A DNA stretch of 64,000 nt, taken from contig JBHGNT010000007.1 of the NCBI GenBank assembly GCA_043228905.1, positions 1,302,001 to 1,366,000 on the forward strand, in the 5' to 3' direction. The translations under genes were made by a program, and so were the position numbers. Shown here in pieces: positions 25,782 through 39,400 of this stretch (the first letter of the stretch is position 1; each line of letters opens with the position of its first letter). The DNA is from Azolla caroliniana. Taxonomy: Eukaryota > Plantae > Polypodiophyta. Below the pieces are notes generated by a model. The model saw only the letters and a list, made by a program, of their open reading frames with translations. It was not told the DNA's origin and did no database searches.

Positions 25782-28700
25782 TGTTGAGAGACAAGCTCAA
25801 CATCGGCCGGATCGGCTGAAGAAGCCGAGGACCGGATCGGTTAGGCCGTTAGGAAAGATATTCCGTGAGGAATATATTTGGGAGTTAGTGTAAGAGCTCT
25901 TAATGAGCCTTGAAGTACTGTAAGTACTTCAGTCAATCCTTCGAGGACTTGTATAAAAGTGTTCACTGAGCACGTCTTATGTACAGATCGAGTATTATTG
26001 TTGAATATAGTTCTTGTGTTCTCTCTCACTCTCTCTGTCTCTCCCGCGTATACTGCGTAAGCTCAAGCTCTCCATTAAACCTGAGTTTTCTTCCTTCTGT
26101 TCCGTCTTCATACCTGCTTCCGCACGCTACTTTCTACATGGTATCAGAGCGCGAGGGTTGAGAACCTCTCTGTAGCCGACACAGCTTGACGAAGAAGAAC
26201 AAGAAGAACGATGGATAGAGGCATGGCGAGCTCGCTTCCAACAGAGAAGCTCGACAGAACCAACTACGCGTCTTGGTCTTACAAGATGCACCAGTACCTG
26301 CTCGGGCACGGCTACTGGAGTTATGTCGAAGGAGCTAATGACGCGGCACCCGAATCGACACACAGAGACTTCCCGTCGTGGGAGCAATCGGCGAGCAGGG
26401 TATTGTACTGCTTCGCGTCGTGTGTGGGCGAACAACTATTGAGCTATGTTCGGGATGCAAAGACGTCGAAGGGTGCGTGGGAAAATCTAAAGAAGATTTT
26501 CGTCGCGAGCACCACAGCCAGGAAGCTTCAGCTCCGATAGGAGTTGAGCAACCTACGACAACGCGACTTGTCGGTGGCGGACTATACCTCGAAGATCAAG
26601 GATATCTGCGACTCCCTCGCCTCCATAGAGGTGAACATCGAGGAGAGCGAGATGGTCCAGATCTGTCTCGGAGGTTTGGCGTCGAAGTTCGGAGCGTTCC
26701 GAACGGCTGTGTGTACCCGGGAGAATACGTCGTCCTTTTTCGATTTACAGTCGATGCTCCTGGTAGAGGAGAACCACGCGGGTGCGTCGACGAGCATGTA
26801 CACTGACAGCAAGATGTTGTACACAGAAGGAGAAAGGCCCCGTGGTCGTGGCGGACGAGGCGAGTCGGTACGCAATGGAAGCGGCCGACGAGATCAAGGA
26901 AGAAGGCACCGAAGTGATGTCGACAGCAACTCCGGACCCTCCGGAAACAGGGGGAGTTGAAGCGATGAGAACCGGCAAGGGAAGGTCATCGCGGAGTGCT
27001 GGTACTGTGGCAAGAAAGGCCATAGGGAAAGTGAGTGCTTGAAGAAGCGCACCGATTCGGAGAGAACCGGTTACGGAAACGGCTCCGGACATATCGACAA
27101 GGGAAATCGGCAGCGATCGCACTACGTCGAAGACTCCGGGAGAGCCGGAGAAGGGTCTGCCTTCGTGACGAGACACGAAGCAAACTCAATAAAACAGAGT
27201 ACCCCGAGATCGAACGAGGTGTGGTACGTAGACTCCGACGTGTCAAACCACATGACGAGCCATAAGGAGTGGTTCTCGTACCTTGAAAAACCGATACAAC
27301 CTGGAGTAGTCGCAAATGGAGACGACACTCCGCATCCGATCACGAATGTCAGAGAAGTTCCCCTTAGCCATGTTGGGTAGAAAGGGAAACTCATGAATGT
27401 GTTGCACGTTCCGACAATCACGAAAAACTTGGTCTCGGTCGGACAGATTGTCGACCAAGGGATGGAGGTTCGGTTTACACACCTCGGGTGCTTCATTGAG
27501 GAAGAAGGCCGTGTGATTGCGCAAGGGCGCAGAGACGGGAGGATGTTCATCCTCGACTCCACTGACGGCGGCACCGCAATGTTCGCAAAGGGAAGAAAAA
27601 CCGAGTCGGACATCGACTTGTGGCATAAGCGGATAGGCCACGTCAACTACCAGCGGCTTCAAGATCTGCAAACGAAACAGGTAGTATTCAGATTGCCCAA
27701 ATTTAGTGGCCGAAAGGCACAAATTTGTGAAGCCTGCCAGCTTGGGAAGCAACACCGACTTCCTTTCCCAAACGAGCGAATCCGGAGCCGGAATAAGCTC
27801 GATCTTATACACTCCGATGTATGGGGGCCGACACAAAACGTTAGTCTTGGCGGGAGCCGATATTTCGTCTCCTTCATCGACGACCACACGCAGCACACGT
27901 GGATCTACCTCATTGAGAGGAAGAGCGAAGTTTTCGACTGTTTCCGGGACCTCAAAGGGTTCGTGGAAACGGAAACGGGACGTAAGATCCAATGCTTGTG
28001 GTCGGATGGCGGGAAAGAGTACTTTTCTGGTCAATTCAACGGTTATCTACAACAAATGGGAATTCGGCACGAATTCAGTTGTAGATACATGCCGGAGCAG
28101 AACGACGTGATCGAGAGGAAGAATCGGTCGATTGTGGAAGCGGCACGGGCAATGCTGGAGAAGAAGAGCTTGCCCAAGTTCTACTGGGCCGAGGCGGTAA
28201 GGACTGCGGTATACATCTAGAACCGGATCGGAGACAAAGTGTCGGTGCACAAGCTATATTTCGGAACGAAGCCGAACTTGCGACACTTGAGGGTGTTCGG
28301 TAGCATTGCGTATGTGCATGTACCGAAGGAGAAAAGGAGGAAGCTGGACACAAAGGCCGAGAAATGCATCTTGGTCGGTTACTCGGACGAGCAGAAGGGT
28401 TATAAGTGCTATAACCCTCGCACCAAACAAGCGCATGTCAGCCGCGACGTTGTGTTCGACGAGTCCGCGTCCTGGTACCAGCCCCCGACTCCGAACCCCG
28501 ACTCCAATCCGAGCTCTGACGATGAGGTCAGAGAGGCCGAGATGCCTCCGGATGAGCCCGAAATCGAGACCCGCGACGAGAGTCCGATTTCACTCCGTTT
28601 AAGTGGACCGAGTGGACCGATTGGACGACTGAGCTGGTACGACCAATCCGATGAAGAGCCGGCGAGTAGTGGAGACTCGGCCGTGCATTCCCCGCGCAGG

Positions 28701-31405
28701 AAGCCGAGGAGACGGCTTACGCGCAAAGAGAAAGGGAAGAAGAAGGTGTCGGATTCCGGCACGGATAGGAACGAGTCAGACCGACGCGAGTCCGACTCCG
28801 AGGGAACCGGTGACGGGTCTTTAAAGATGAAGACCGCGTCGACCGAGAAGGCCTCGACATCGGCTAATGTGAGATTACGTCGATCTACCCGCCAGAAGAA
28901 TCCTGTTGTGCGGTTCGGATACAACGAGTACATGGCGCATCATTATGCGTACATGACCCGTGTAGCGGAAGTGCGTGAGCCGGAGAGCTACGCGGAAGCG
29001 ACTAAAGACGTGAATTGGCGTGCCGCGATGGAGGAAGAGATGCACGCATTGGCGGAGAACGAGACCTGGGACTTGGTTGACGCACCAAGAGGGGTAAAAC
29101 CAATCGGGTGTAGGTGGGTGTACAAAGTCAATTACAACACCAATGGCTCGGTCAACCGGTACAAGGCTCGGCTAGTGGCAAAGGGCTACGCGCAGAAACA
29201 CGACATCGACTACGATGAGACATTTGCGCCGGTCGTGAAAATGACGACCGTCTGTGTTTTACTCGTAGTAGCCGCGGCCAAGGGGTGACACCTACATCAA
29301 ATGGATGTAAAGAATGTGTTCCTGCAAGGTGACCTTGAGGAACAAGTGTACATGGTACAGCCCCCCGGATTTCACTCCGGACCGAACTCCTCGGTAGTAT
29401 GCCGACTGAAGAAGTCCCTTTACGGACTGAAGTAAGCCCCGCGTGCCTGGAACGCGAAGATCACGCAACAACTGTGTCGGATGGGCTTCGTCACGTCAAA
29501 ATCAGACTCTTCCCTGCTCATCCGGAAAGGTCGACTCGGACCGGTTAGTATTCTTCTATATGTCGATGACTTGGTCATCACCGGCGCCAACCTAGGCGAA
29601 ATCGACCGCGTGAATCTCCAGCTTGCGGCATCGTTCGACATGAAGGATCTGGGGGACCTTCATTACTTCCTCGGGATCGAAGTGATCCGTACCCCCGAAG
29701 GCATATTGATCAGCCAACGTCACTACGTGCTGAGTATGCTCTTCAAATTCTGGATGGCCGACTGTAAGTCCGTCTCGACTCCTCTGGACAGAATCGTCAA
29801 GCTTCGTCCCGACACGGGAAAGGTATGCGACCCGATGAGGTTCCGACAAATTGTCAGAAGCCTCATATACTTGACCATCACCCGACCCGACCTCAGTTAT
29901 CCGGTCGGAGTGATCAGTTAGTTCATGGCGCGACCTACCGAGGAACACCTTCAGTGTGCGCAACGCATACTTCGGTATGTCAATGACACTAAGGACCGGG
30001 GACTGCTATATCGGACCGGTGCAGCCGTGCAGTTAGTCGGCTACACCGATGCTGATTGGGCTGGCAACGCCGCCGATCGACGATCCACGTCTGGATACGC
30101 GTTCTCCCTCGGGAGTGCCGCGGTCGCGTGGAGTAGTAAGAAGCAGCTGATAGTTGCACTGTCGAGCACGGAAGCTGAGTACCGAGGAGCGGCTGTCGCG
30201 ACATGCGAATCCATATGGTTGAAGCGGCTACTTAAGGACCTGCAAGAGGAGGTGTCAGATCCGACGATGATCTACTGCGACAACCTCAGCAGCATCCAGC
30301 TCGCGAAAAACCCTGTTTTCCACGCACGGACTAAGCACATTGAGGTGCACTACCATTTCGTCCGTGAGCGTGTCCTTTCCGGTGAAGTCAAACTTCAATA
30401 CGTGCCGATGGATCGGCAAATTGCCAACATCTTCACCAAGCCTCTTGGTCTGGACAAGTTGCGGCAATTCTCAGGTGCGCTCGGATTGCGTCACCTCGAC
30501 GTGCCAAACTTGAGGGGGAGAACGGACCCGAACGACCAAGCAAGGCAACAGGAAAGGAGCGGAGACCGCGACACCGAGTCGGTTGTCGAGTTCGGCCTCG
30601 CATCAGCTGAAGAAGCCGAGGGCGGACCCGCGGAAAAGTTCGGAAGAGGACAGAAGGGGAGCAGCCGAAGGAGAGAGCCGAAGCCAACCACGCATGGGGA
30701 AGATGACGCCATCGAGGGCGAGAAGACCGAAGACGAGTTGGAGACAGCCAACTCGGACGAGAGCGAAGACCGATCGGAGGTAGCCGAGTCGGTTCAGATG
30801 TTTGATTCAGACACGTTGAATCAACCGAGGCCCAAGCGGAAGAAAAGGCAGCAGGAGAAGCGTCAACACCGCAACAATAGAAGAGCTGATAAGGGCCACA
30901 TGAGCAGACAAGCCGACCGGAAGGGTCGAAGCGTGCGGAGTCGACCAGGTCGAGGAGCGTGAGCGAGGCGTGAAGCCAGGAGGAACCGGTGCTGTGAAGA
31001 TCCCGAAGAGCCTCAAGTTGAGCTTGAGGTGGAGTGTTGAGAGACAAGCTCAACATCGGCCGGATCGGCTAAAGAAGGCGAGGACCGGATCGGTTGGGAC
31101 CGATCGGTTAGGCCGTTAGGAAAGATATTCCGTGAGGAATATATTTGGGAGTTAGTGTAGAAGCTCTTAATGAGCCTTGAAGTACTGTCAGTACTTCAGT
31201 CAGTCCTTCGAGGACTTGTATAAAAGTGTTCACTGAGCACGTCTTATGTACAGATTGAGTATTATTGTTGAATATAGTTCTTGTGTTCTCTCTCACTCTC
31301 TCTGTCTCTCCCGCGTATACTGCGTAAGCTCAAGCTCTCCATTAAACCTGAGTTTTCTTCCTTCTGTTCCGTCTTCATACCTGCTTCCGCACGCTACTTT
31401 CTACA
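25782..31405 (+). mobile_element. Ty1/Copia LTR retrotransposon B, nested in the IN-RT linker of A; related lineage; several nonsense mutations
   Basis: LTRs 25782-26138 and 31035-31405; TSD GAAAC/GAAAA (one mismatch); PBS TGGTATCAGAGC 26139-26150; gag ATG 26211. CWYCGKKGHRESEC knuckle, WYVDSD protease, LWHKRIGH..CEAC, HSDVWGP, LLYVDDL, YTDADWAG, HARTKHIEVHYHF. Confidence 0.95.
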
Positions 31406-33197
31406 GAAAAATTTTCCGAACCAGCCAAGGATCCGCGATGGATCGAAGCCATGAACGAGGAGATGCAGGCACTACACAAGAACAAGACATGGGATCTTGT
31501 TCCCACCTCACCACACAAAAAGGCGATCGGATGTAGATGGATTTACAAAGTGAAGTACAACACCGACGGTTCCATCAACCGCTACAAAAGCGCGACTCGT
31601 CGCGAAAGGCTACGCCCAAACGCACGGAGTTGACTACGAGGAGACCTTTGCCCCTTGGCAAAGATGACGACGGTACAAACCGTAATTGTGCTTGTCGTGG
31701 CGAAAGGGTGGCACCTCCATCAAATGGACGTCAAGAACACCTTTCTACAAGGCGAATTAGAAGAGGAGGTGTACATGATACAACCAGTTGGCTTCAACTT
31801 GAGCACCCATCTGAAAGCAATATGCTAACTCAACAAGCCACTCTACGGCCTCAAGCAAGCACCGCGTGCTTGGCATTTGAAGATAATGCAATATCTTCAT
31901 CAAATCAGCTTCCGTATGTCAAAATCAGACAACTCCCTCTACATACGAAGTGATTCCGCAAGTCCGATTGTCATCATCTTATATGTGGATGACCTAGTCA
32001 TTGGAGGTGAGCATCTCGTCGAAATCAATAAGGTCAATTCCCTCCTTTCCGACAAGTTCGAGATGACGAACATGAAGGAGCTCCACTACTACCTCGGCAT
32101 CGAGGTAAGTCGGACTCTGGCCGGAATCATGATCTCTCAACGGCACTACATCCTCAACTTGTTATACAAGTTCGGTATGGCTGAGTGCAAATCCACGGCA
32201 ACCCCGCTCGATGTCAATCTCAAACTAGATGCGAACTCAAGCACCAAAGCGTGTGAGCCGACTCAGTATCGGCAACTCATCAGGAGTCTCATCTACCTCA
32301 CGATCACACGACCCAATCTCAGTTATCCAGTCAGTCTCCTTAGCCAATTCATGCAAACACTGCGTGATACTCACTTGGATTGCACTAAGTGAGTTCTACG
32401 ATACGTGAGCGGCACAATGGATTGCGGCATCCTCTACAAGACTGCGATGCTAATACGACTCGAGGGGTACACAGACGCCGATTGGGCCGGCTACAAAGTC
32501 AATAGAAGATCAACCTCCGGATTTGTTTTTTCCCTCGGCAGCGGAGCAATATCCTGGAGCAGCAAAAAGGAACCAATCGTCGCTCTTTCGAGCATAGAGG
32601 CGGAATACAGGGGCGCGACAGTGGCCGCATGTGAAGCCGTATGGCTCAAAAGGATACTCAAGGATCTGGGTGTACCCATCAAGGGTTCTACTTCCCTTTA
32701 CTGCAACAACATGAGCAGTATCTATCTGGCTTGGAACCCAGTGTTCCAAGCACGGACAAAGCACATCGAAGTGCACTATCACTTCATCCGAGAGTGCGTT
32801 CTAGTTGCCGATGTCGACCTACAACACATTAGCACCAATCTTCAAACGGCCAACATCTTCACTAAAGCCTTAGGAGCTGACAAGCTATGGCAATTCATGA
32901 ACGATCTCGGATTGACGATCCCTGACCTGCCAAGCTTGAGGGGGAGTATTGAAGACGCTACGCAATAATGCGTGGATTCCGCAACCGCGCAACGAAGCCG
33001 CGAAGAGCCGATCTACCGCGCAAAGCCGTGTAGAAAGTCACAAGCCGAAGCACAGACTTCACAACTACGCACAACGCAAGCTGGAGCACGGATTCCGCAA
33101 CTCCGCATAAATGCGAGTCGATGCGGACTCCGGAACGCGAGTCGAAATGGATTTCGGATACCGTCTGAAACCGACCCGACTTGAGCTTGAGGGGGCG

Positions 33198-33501
33198 TGT
33201 TGAGAATCAAGCTCAAGTTGGTCTAGTGTGTGAACTCACCTTGAGAGTGAATAGACACTCCAACAGTCAAGAGTCACCATTATGTCATTACTTTGTATTC
33301 TAGCATTTAGTATAAGTCATAGAATCATATTCTATGACACATAACTTATGAGCTTTCACATTCCCCATGCTCCATGAGTCTTGTAGTTAATGAAGAGAGA
33401 GGGTGACTATATAAAGCACCCTCCTCCCACCTTGTATTATGTTGAGTCGTTCTCCTTTGTTAATATACTTTACTTTGCGTATTCTCTGTGTCTTACTCCT
33501 C

Positions 33502-33579
<78 letters not shown>

Positions 33580-33623
33580 TCACACCTATTTCGCTACACA
33601 AGAATCATACCCGATTCTTTACA
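33198..33623 (+). repeat. 3' LTR of element A (426 bp)
   Basis: Matches 22395-22825 with roughly a dozen substitutions and a differently arranged microsatellite. Confidence 0.95.
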
Positions 33624-33866
33624 AGCTCTATAGGCGCAAAAATTTGAATCTATAATGTGTGATACAAGCATCAAATATTGGATGTACATCCACAATCAAC
33701 CTTTGTGGAGTCTATTGAAAGATCGATAGGCAAAAATTGAAAGGTTTGACATGGTACTTTGCATGCATGCCATGTGGGTGGCATCTAAATTAAATGCAAA
33801 ATATATTTTGAGAGGTATATATAGACTCTCAAGTGTTGTAATGTTAACATGTATATGAGATATCAT

Positions 33867-33944
33867 TGTGGAATGTAGGGGTTAAACTCATGACCTCCTA
33901 GTCTCCATTAAGCAACCTTACCAACTGAGCTACATCCATTTGGG
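33867..33944 (-). mobile_element. Single tRNA-derived SINE-like unit, homolog of the 46.3-46.7 kb triplet
   Basis: Reverse complement CCCAAATGGATGTAGCTCAGTTGGTAAGGTTGCTTAATGGAGACTAGGAGGTCATGAGTTTAACCCCTACATTCCACA aligns end to end with the triplet units. A box intact, B box decayed. Confidence 0.8.
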
Positions 33945-36481
33945 TACCTTTATATAAAATTCCTCTTGATGTATTGTATTTGAGCACTAGAACTTTCTAT
34001 GCATCGTCATGCATTCTCTACAAGTTTCTAGCTTGCATGCATCCTCATACATTCCCTAGGATATTCTTAGTTTGCATGTATACCCCCACCTTCTTATATA
34101 AATACTTGGGTGCACCTTGATTCTAAACAAGGTGAACAACACCAGTTATGAAAGCATAATATTGTGTTCTTGTTATCTTTCTCTTGTCTCTCTTAGTATT
34201 TAGTCTTGTCTTGGTTCTACTCTATTCTACTTGTCTGTGAGATCAAGACAATTGGGGATGGGGTGGGGGTGGGGTTAGTCAATAAGGTTCAAGAAGAGCT
34301 AAAACTTTACTATTGTAAGTTTTATTTGAGGTTTTGAATATTGAGAGTTAGGGTTTCACCACTCTATATTGTATTTATATAGCTATTAATAATCTAAGCA
34401 ATCTCTTGATTTTCCAACATAATCTATCTATCCATTTCTCAAATTCCATTATCTTTCGCGCTATCAATTCCACTCAAATCTATCTATTTTACTTTCTTTC
34501 ACACTCTCTATATCGCTTCTCCTTATTCATAGTCAAATTGGTTCCAACACACTAATCACGAACTTTACAACACGGGCATATACTTTTGTAATCTAGTTGC
34601 TTTACCTTTGTAAATACCTGTTGGGAAATCGGTCCATCCGAATGGGATCTGGTGATGAATGAAGAGGACCCGGTGAGAACAAGAAGAGAGCCGGTGAGAA
34701 CCGGAAGAGAGACCTATCTATAAATATGTTTCTTGAGTAAGCCTATTGAGGCTATATTTGTAGATAGCCCTAAGTTCATATAAGCATAAATATGACTTAC
34801 GGCAATCACTTTATATATATGTTGTAGGAGTTATTGTTGTATAGTGAGAGCAACAGAGAGGTAGAGAGAGATACAGAGCGATACTCTGTTGTAACCACTG
34901 CCTGGCGAAGATACAGAGCTCGATGTCGTTACCTACGAGTCTCTGATTGTACCCCTTCTCTTCATAGTGATAGTTCGGAGTTTGTGGGCTCCCGTGGTTT
35001 TTCCCTATTAGGGTTTTCCACGTAAACATCTTGTGTTCACTTTTTTTTAGTTCCCATTTTTGTGTTCTCCATTCTCATCGAAGTGTTCAAGACTCGGTTG
35101 TGGCCGAGCAATATTCCACACTAATTCTCAACAAACTAGTATCAGAGTGAACAACACAGAAAATGGAAGAATCGTTCGGCGGCATGTTCAAGCTCACCGG
35201 CTCCAACTACTTAGTGTGGAAGTCGAAGATGAGGGATATGTTGGTGGTCAAAGATCTTTGGTTGCCGGTTCAGTTCGGGGACATGAAGACAACGACATAC
35301 ATCCGGTGCTTCATCGACATGAGCCTGTACAACAACTTCAATGAAGAAAGTAAGGCTCATGAAATCTGGGAGAAGATAGGCATTATGTTTTTGAACAAAA
35401 ATGTTGTTAATCGGGTTTCGGTATTTCGGAAGCTAGTAAGACTCCGGTACCAAGATGGCTCCAGTATGGCGGAGCACATGAATGCCTTCCAGGGACTGAC
35501 ACATCAGGCAACCTTGTTGGAAGTATCTCTCGCCGATGAGGTACTTGCTCTACTCCTGCTCGGTTCCCTTCGGATAGTTGGGAGACGTTAGTTGTCATGT
35601 TGGGCAACGCCGGGCTGGAAGGAAAACAACTATCCCTAACAAGAGTCAAGTCGAGCTTGCTAGATGAGGAGGTGTGTCGGAAAGACAAGGAGGTGATCTC
35701 GGACGCCAAAGCCCTCCTTACTGATTCGGAACGCGGAAGACAAAGGAATCAGAGTCCTCAGAACCGGGAAAAGTCGGGGACACGGTCAAAGTCAAGGGGG
35801 AGGCCCACTTGCTTCTATTTCGGCAAGCCAAGGCACTTCTAGAAGAACTGTCGGCATTTTCAGAAAGACAAGGGAATTGAAAGTACCGATTCGAAGAAGT
35901 CACTGGACCGAAACGGTTCGTATCGGTGAGGCCAAGACCGGAAGGGAATGACGGTGATCGCGGCAAGTGAAGAAGAACTAATGCTCATCACCGAGGAGAG
36001 TGAGTTGAACCTTGCCGGCGACGAGACAACGTGGGTTGTCGATTCCGGAGCGTCGTTCCACCTTACCCCGAACTGGAAATGCTTCTCATCCTACACAACC
36101 GGTGAGCACGACTGTGTCCGGATGGGGAATGAAGGAACATGTTGAATTGTCGGCATAGGAGATGTGTGGTTGACGACACCAACCGGATGCAAATTGCTGC
36201 TGAAGGATGTCCGACACGTTCCGGAGGTTCGACTGAAGCTGATATCAGCCGGTCGGTTAGATGATGAAGGCTATACAAGTAGCATCCGGAATGGTGTCAT
36301 GAAGTTCTGCAAAGGGAGCCTAATAGTGGCTCGAGACCGGAAGGTCAACAATATGTACCTGATGAATGCCCGGATATGCCAGGAAGAAGTGAACGTAGCA
36401 TCCGACAATACCGGTGAGCTGTGGCACAAAAGACTGTGTCATATGAGTGAGAAGGGGATGAAGAGGCTAGCCGAAGGCAAC

Positions 36482-39400
36482 TGTCGAATACAAGTGTATA
36501 ATGGACGTATTCACACTATCCCTTTGTATAGCTCAAGTTTGGGCCATTTGTGTAATTAGCATAAATGGTAGTTGCCCTAAGTTGGTCACTATATAAAGTG
36601 ACCTAGTAACCTTTTTGTAAGGTTGGTTGTATTATTGTTTTATGGAATAGAAAGACTCTTTGTGCCTCTCTCTCTCTCTCTCTCTCTCTATCTCTGTCGC
36701 ACACGATCTTGGAAACTCTCATACGCAGGTATTCTACACGAATCGAATGCTACTTGATCTTCCGTAAAGACGGCCTTGTCTCCAACATCTGGTATCAGAG
36801 CTTGCACAGTATTCGGTCCCTCAACCCGCTGTCGGCCGTCATCTCAGCCTGCACAGCATTCGGTTTCTTGCGTCATTCGAAGAAGAGAGAAGAAGAAGAA
36901 AAAAAACGAGGCTTGCATCTCATCGCGTTAGATCATCTTCGCTTGGAGTAAGCCAGCCGGTTGTACTCTGTTCCTTGTGATCGTAACCGCTCGAGGTGAA
37001 ATCCCCTTGTGCAACATTGACACGATCGTGCTCCACTCGGTTAAACGGCATCCGAAGAGGTCATCAAACGCTGCTCGCCGCTCATTGTAACCACTCGGTG
37101 CAGATCGGTCTCAAGACAACAACCCCAAATTCGTGCTTCATCCGGCTGATCGACATTCGGGAGGATCAGTTGGATCCGTCTCTCTCGTCGCTGCAGTCAC
37201 CCGAAGCAGAATCGGTCCAGACAATCGGTTTCAATAATCGGTATTTGGCATATATATTCGGAAGCGAACCGGGCTCACTCCGACTCGGCAACATTCGGGA
37301 AGACCAGTCGGTTCTGTCCCTCAAGTTACTGGAGTCAATTCGAGCAAGTTCAACAATACATATATCCGAAGCCGAACCGACTCGGGTTCAAATCCGACTA
37401 GAACGATATCGGGTGAGCCAACCGGCTGCACTCCAACAAGGTTCGTAGTCAACTCCGAACCGAGCTTCGTCAACCGAAACCAAATTTGATGGCATCAACA
37501 TCCGGCTCGTCAGAAATGAGTCTACGAAAGTTCGATGGATCGAACTTCAACTTCTGGAAGGAGCAAATGCAGGACTATCTCATAGTCAAGGGGCAAATCG
37601 ATCCCATCGAAAATGAAGAACCTCCAGAAGGATACAAACCAATTGAGTGGCAGAAGCTGGACAGAATCGTCTGCGCCACGATTCGGATGCACCTATCGGA
37701 ATCGGTATACTTTACGGTGCAATCGTGTACGACAACATTCGAACTGTGGAAAACACTGTCGGACACCTACGAAAAGAAGGTCGCTGCAACAAAGATGTTT
37801 CTGATCCGGCGCCTCTACAACTTGCGGATGAAAGAATCAGATTCGGTCCAAGCACATCTCAATGAGTACGAAAGCATAAGCTCCCAAATCTCATCTCAGG
37901 GGACGGCAATCGAGGATGAACTCAGAGCAATGATACTCATGAGCAGCCTTCCCTCATCATGGGAAACTTTCGTCACAACCGTGTGCAACGCGTCAACCAC
38001 GGCTGTTAAATACTCCGAAGTCACGAGCGCAATCCTGACCGAAGCAGCTCGGAGAAAGTCTTTCGCCAAAGACTCAACAGACGACGCTTATGTAGTACAA
38101 GGTTCGACAGACCGATCGAACATACGAGGAAGAGATTCCTCACGGCAGCCGAACCATCAGCGAAGACGGAGCCAGTCACGGGATAATCGAATCTGCAACT
38201 ATTGCAAGAAACCCGGACACATCAAAGCCGACTGCCGCGCACTCAAGAACAAGAACGACAAGTCTCAGAAATCAGACAAGAAGAGTGGCCGGCATGAGGA
38301 GATCAATTACGTCAGCTTCTCAGCTGATGTGCTACCAAACGACCCGAATATACTATCAATCGAAAATCCAGTCGGATCAAAAGTTCTGCTCACGACTGAA
38401 GAATCGAGCACATGGCTCTTAGATTCGGGCGCATCATTTCACGTGACTCCTCATCGATCCCAATTTCGGCAATATACGATCCGTCACTCCGACTCAGTTC
38501 GAGTCGGCAACTCGCAACACTGTGACATCATTGGAATCGGCACAGTAGAGCTCAACCTTGCAGGTGGCTCTACACTTGTACTTCACAATGTCCGACATGT
38601 ACCCGAGCTCTCAAGGCCATTGATCTCAGTCGGACAACTAGATGAAGACGGCATTCGTGCCGGTTTTTCTTCGGGAGGGTGGACACTCCACAGGGGGAAC
38701 CTCCTGCTTGCTAGAGGACCCAAGATACACTCACTGTATCCGTTACATGTTACGCTCAGAGAGGGTAACCTGTTTTTGGTGGATATTCCTGTGTCATCAC
38801 TATGGCACAGAAGATTAGGACACCTCAGCAAGGCCGACATCACGCACCTATCTAGAGCCGGATACATCCCTAAACTCTCCTTCTCGGACCATCAATTCTG
38901 CGAACATTGCCAGTATGGCAAACAAGCAGCCGCATCACACCCGACATCAGCACCAAGAGAAACGAGACCTCTCGATTTAGTCCACTCGGACGTCTGTGGC
39001 CCAATGCCGCATCAGTCTCTCGGCGGTGCCTCTTACTTCGTCAGTTTTATTGACGATTCGACTCGAAAGGTGTGGGCTTATCCAATTCGCACCAAAGATC
39101 GTGTCTTCTCGATCTTCTCCGATTGGCTCGCTATGGTAGAAAATCAAACTGACCGAAAACTAAAATGCTTTCGGACCGACAATGGGGGAGAGTTCAAATC
39201 AGAAGAATTCGTCAAATTCTGCCGACAACGCGGCATCCGACGTGAATTTACGGCACCACACAGTCCGGAGCAAAACGGGATTGCCGAACACATGAATCGG
39301 ACAATCCAAGAACGGATAGTTTCCATGCTCCAACACTCCAGACTGTCGGATGGCTTCTGGGCAGAGGCTCTACTCACGGCAGTACAGATAATCAATATGT

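Larger units (their letters stand above)
22395..33623 (+). mobile_element. Ty1/Copia LTR retrotransposon A, full-length but decayed, interrupted by element B
   Basis: TG...CA LTRs 22395-22825 and 33198-33623; TSD AGCTC (22390-22394, 33624-33628); PBS TGGTATCAGAGC 22826-22837 (tRNA-iMet); PPT GAGGGGGCG before the 3' LTR. gag from ATG 22976, zinc knuckle CGYCGKLSHHKEEC, protease WFVDSGASNHM, integrase HSDVWGP, RT ILYVDDL, RNase H YTDADWAG. Many stops and frameshifts. Confidence 0.95.

Noticed and set aside
36996-37448. 150-aa ORF in the leader of element D as an extra retrotransposon gene
   Set aside because: GTG start, no recognisable domain, and the leader is built from short TCGG/CCGA-rich repeats. 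It cannot be supported without family alignments.
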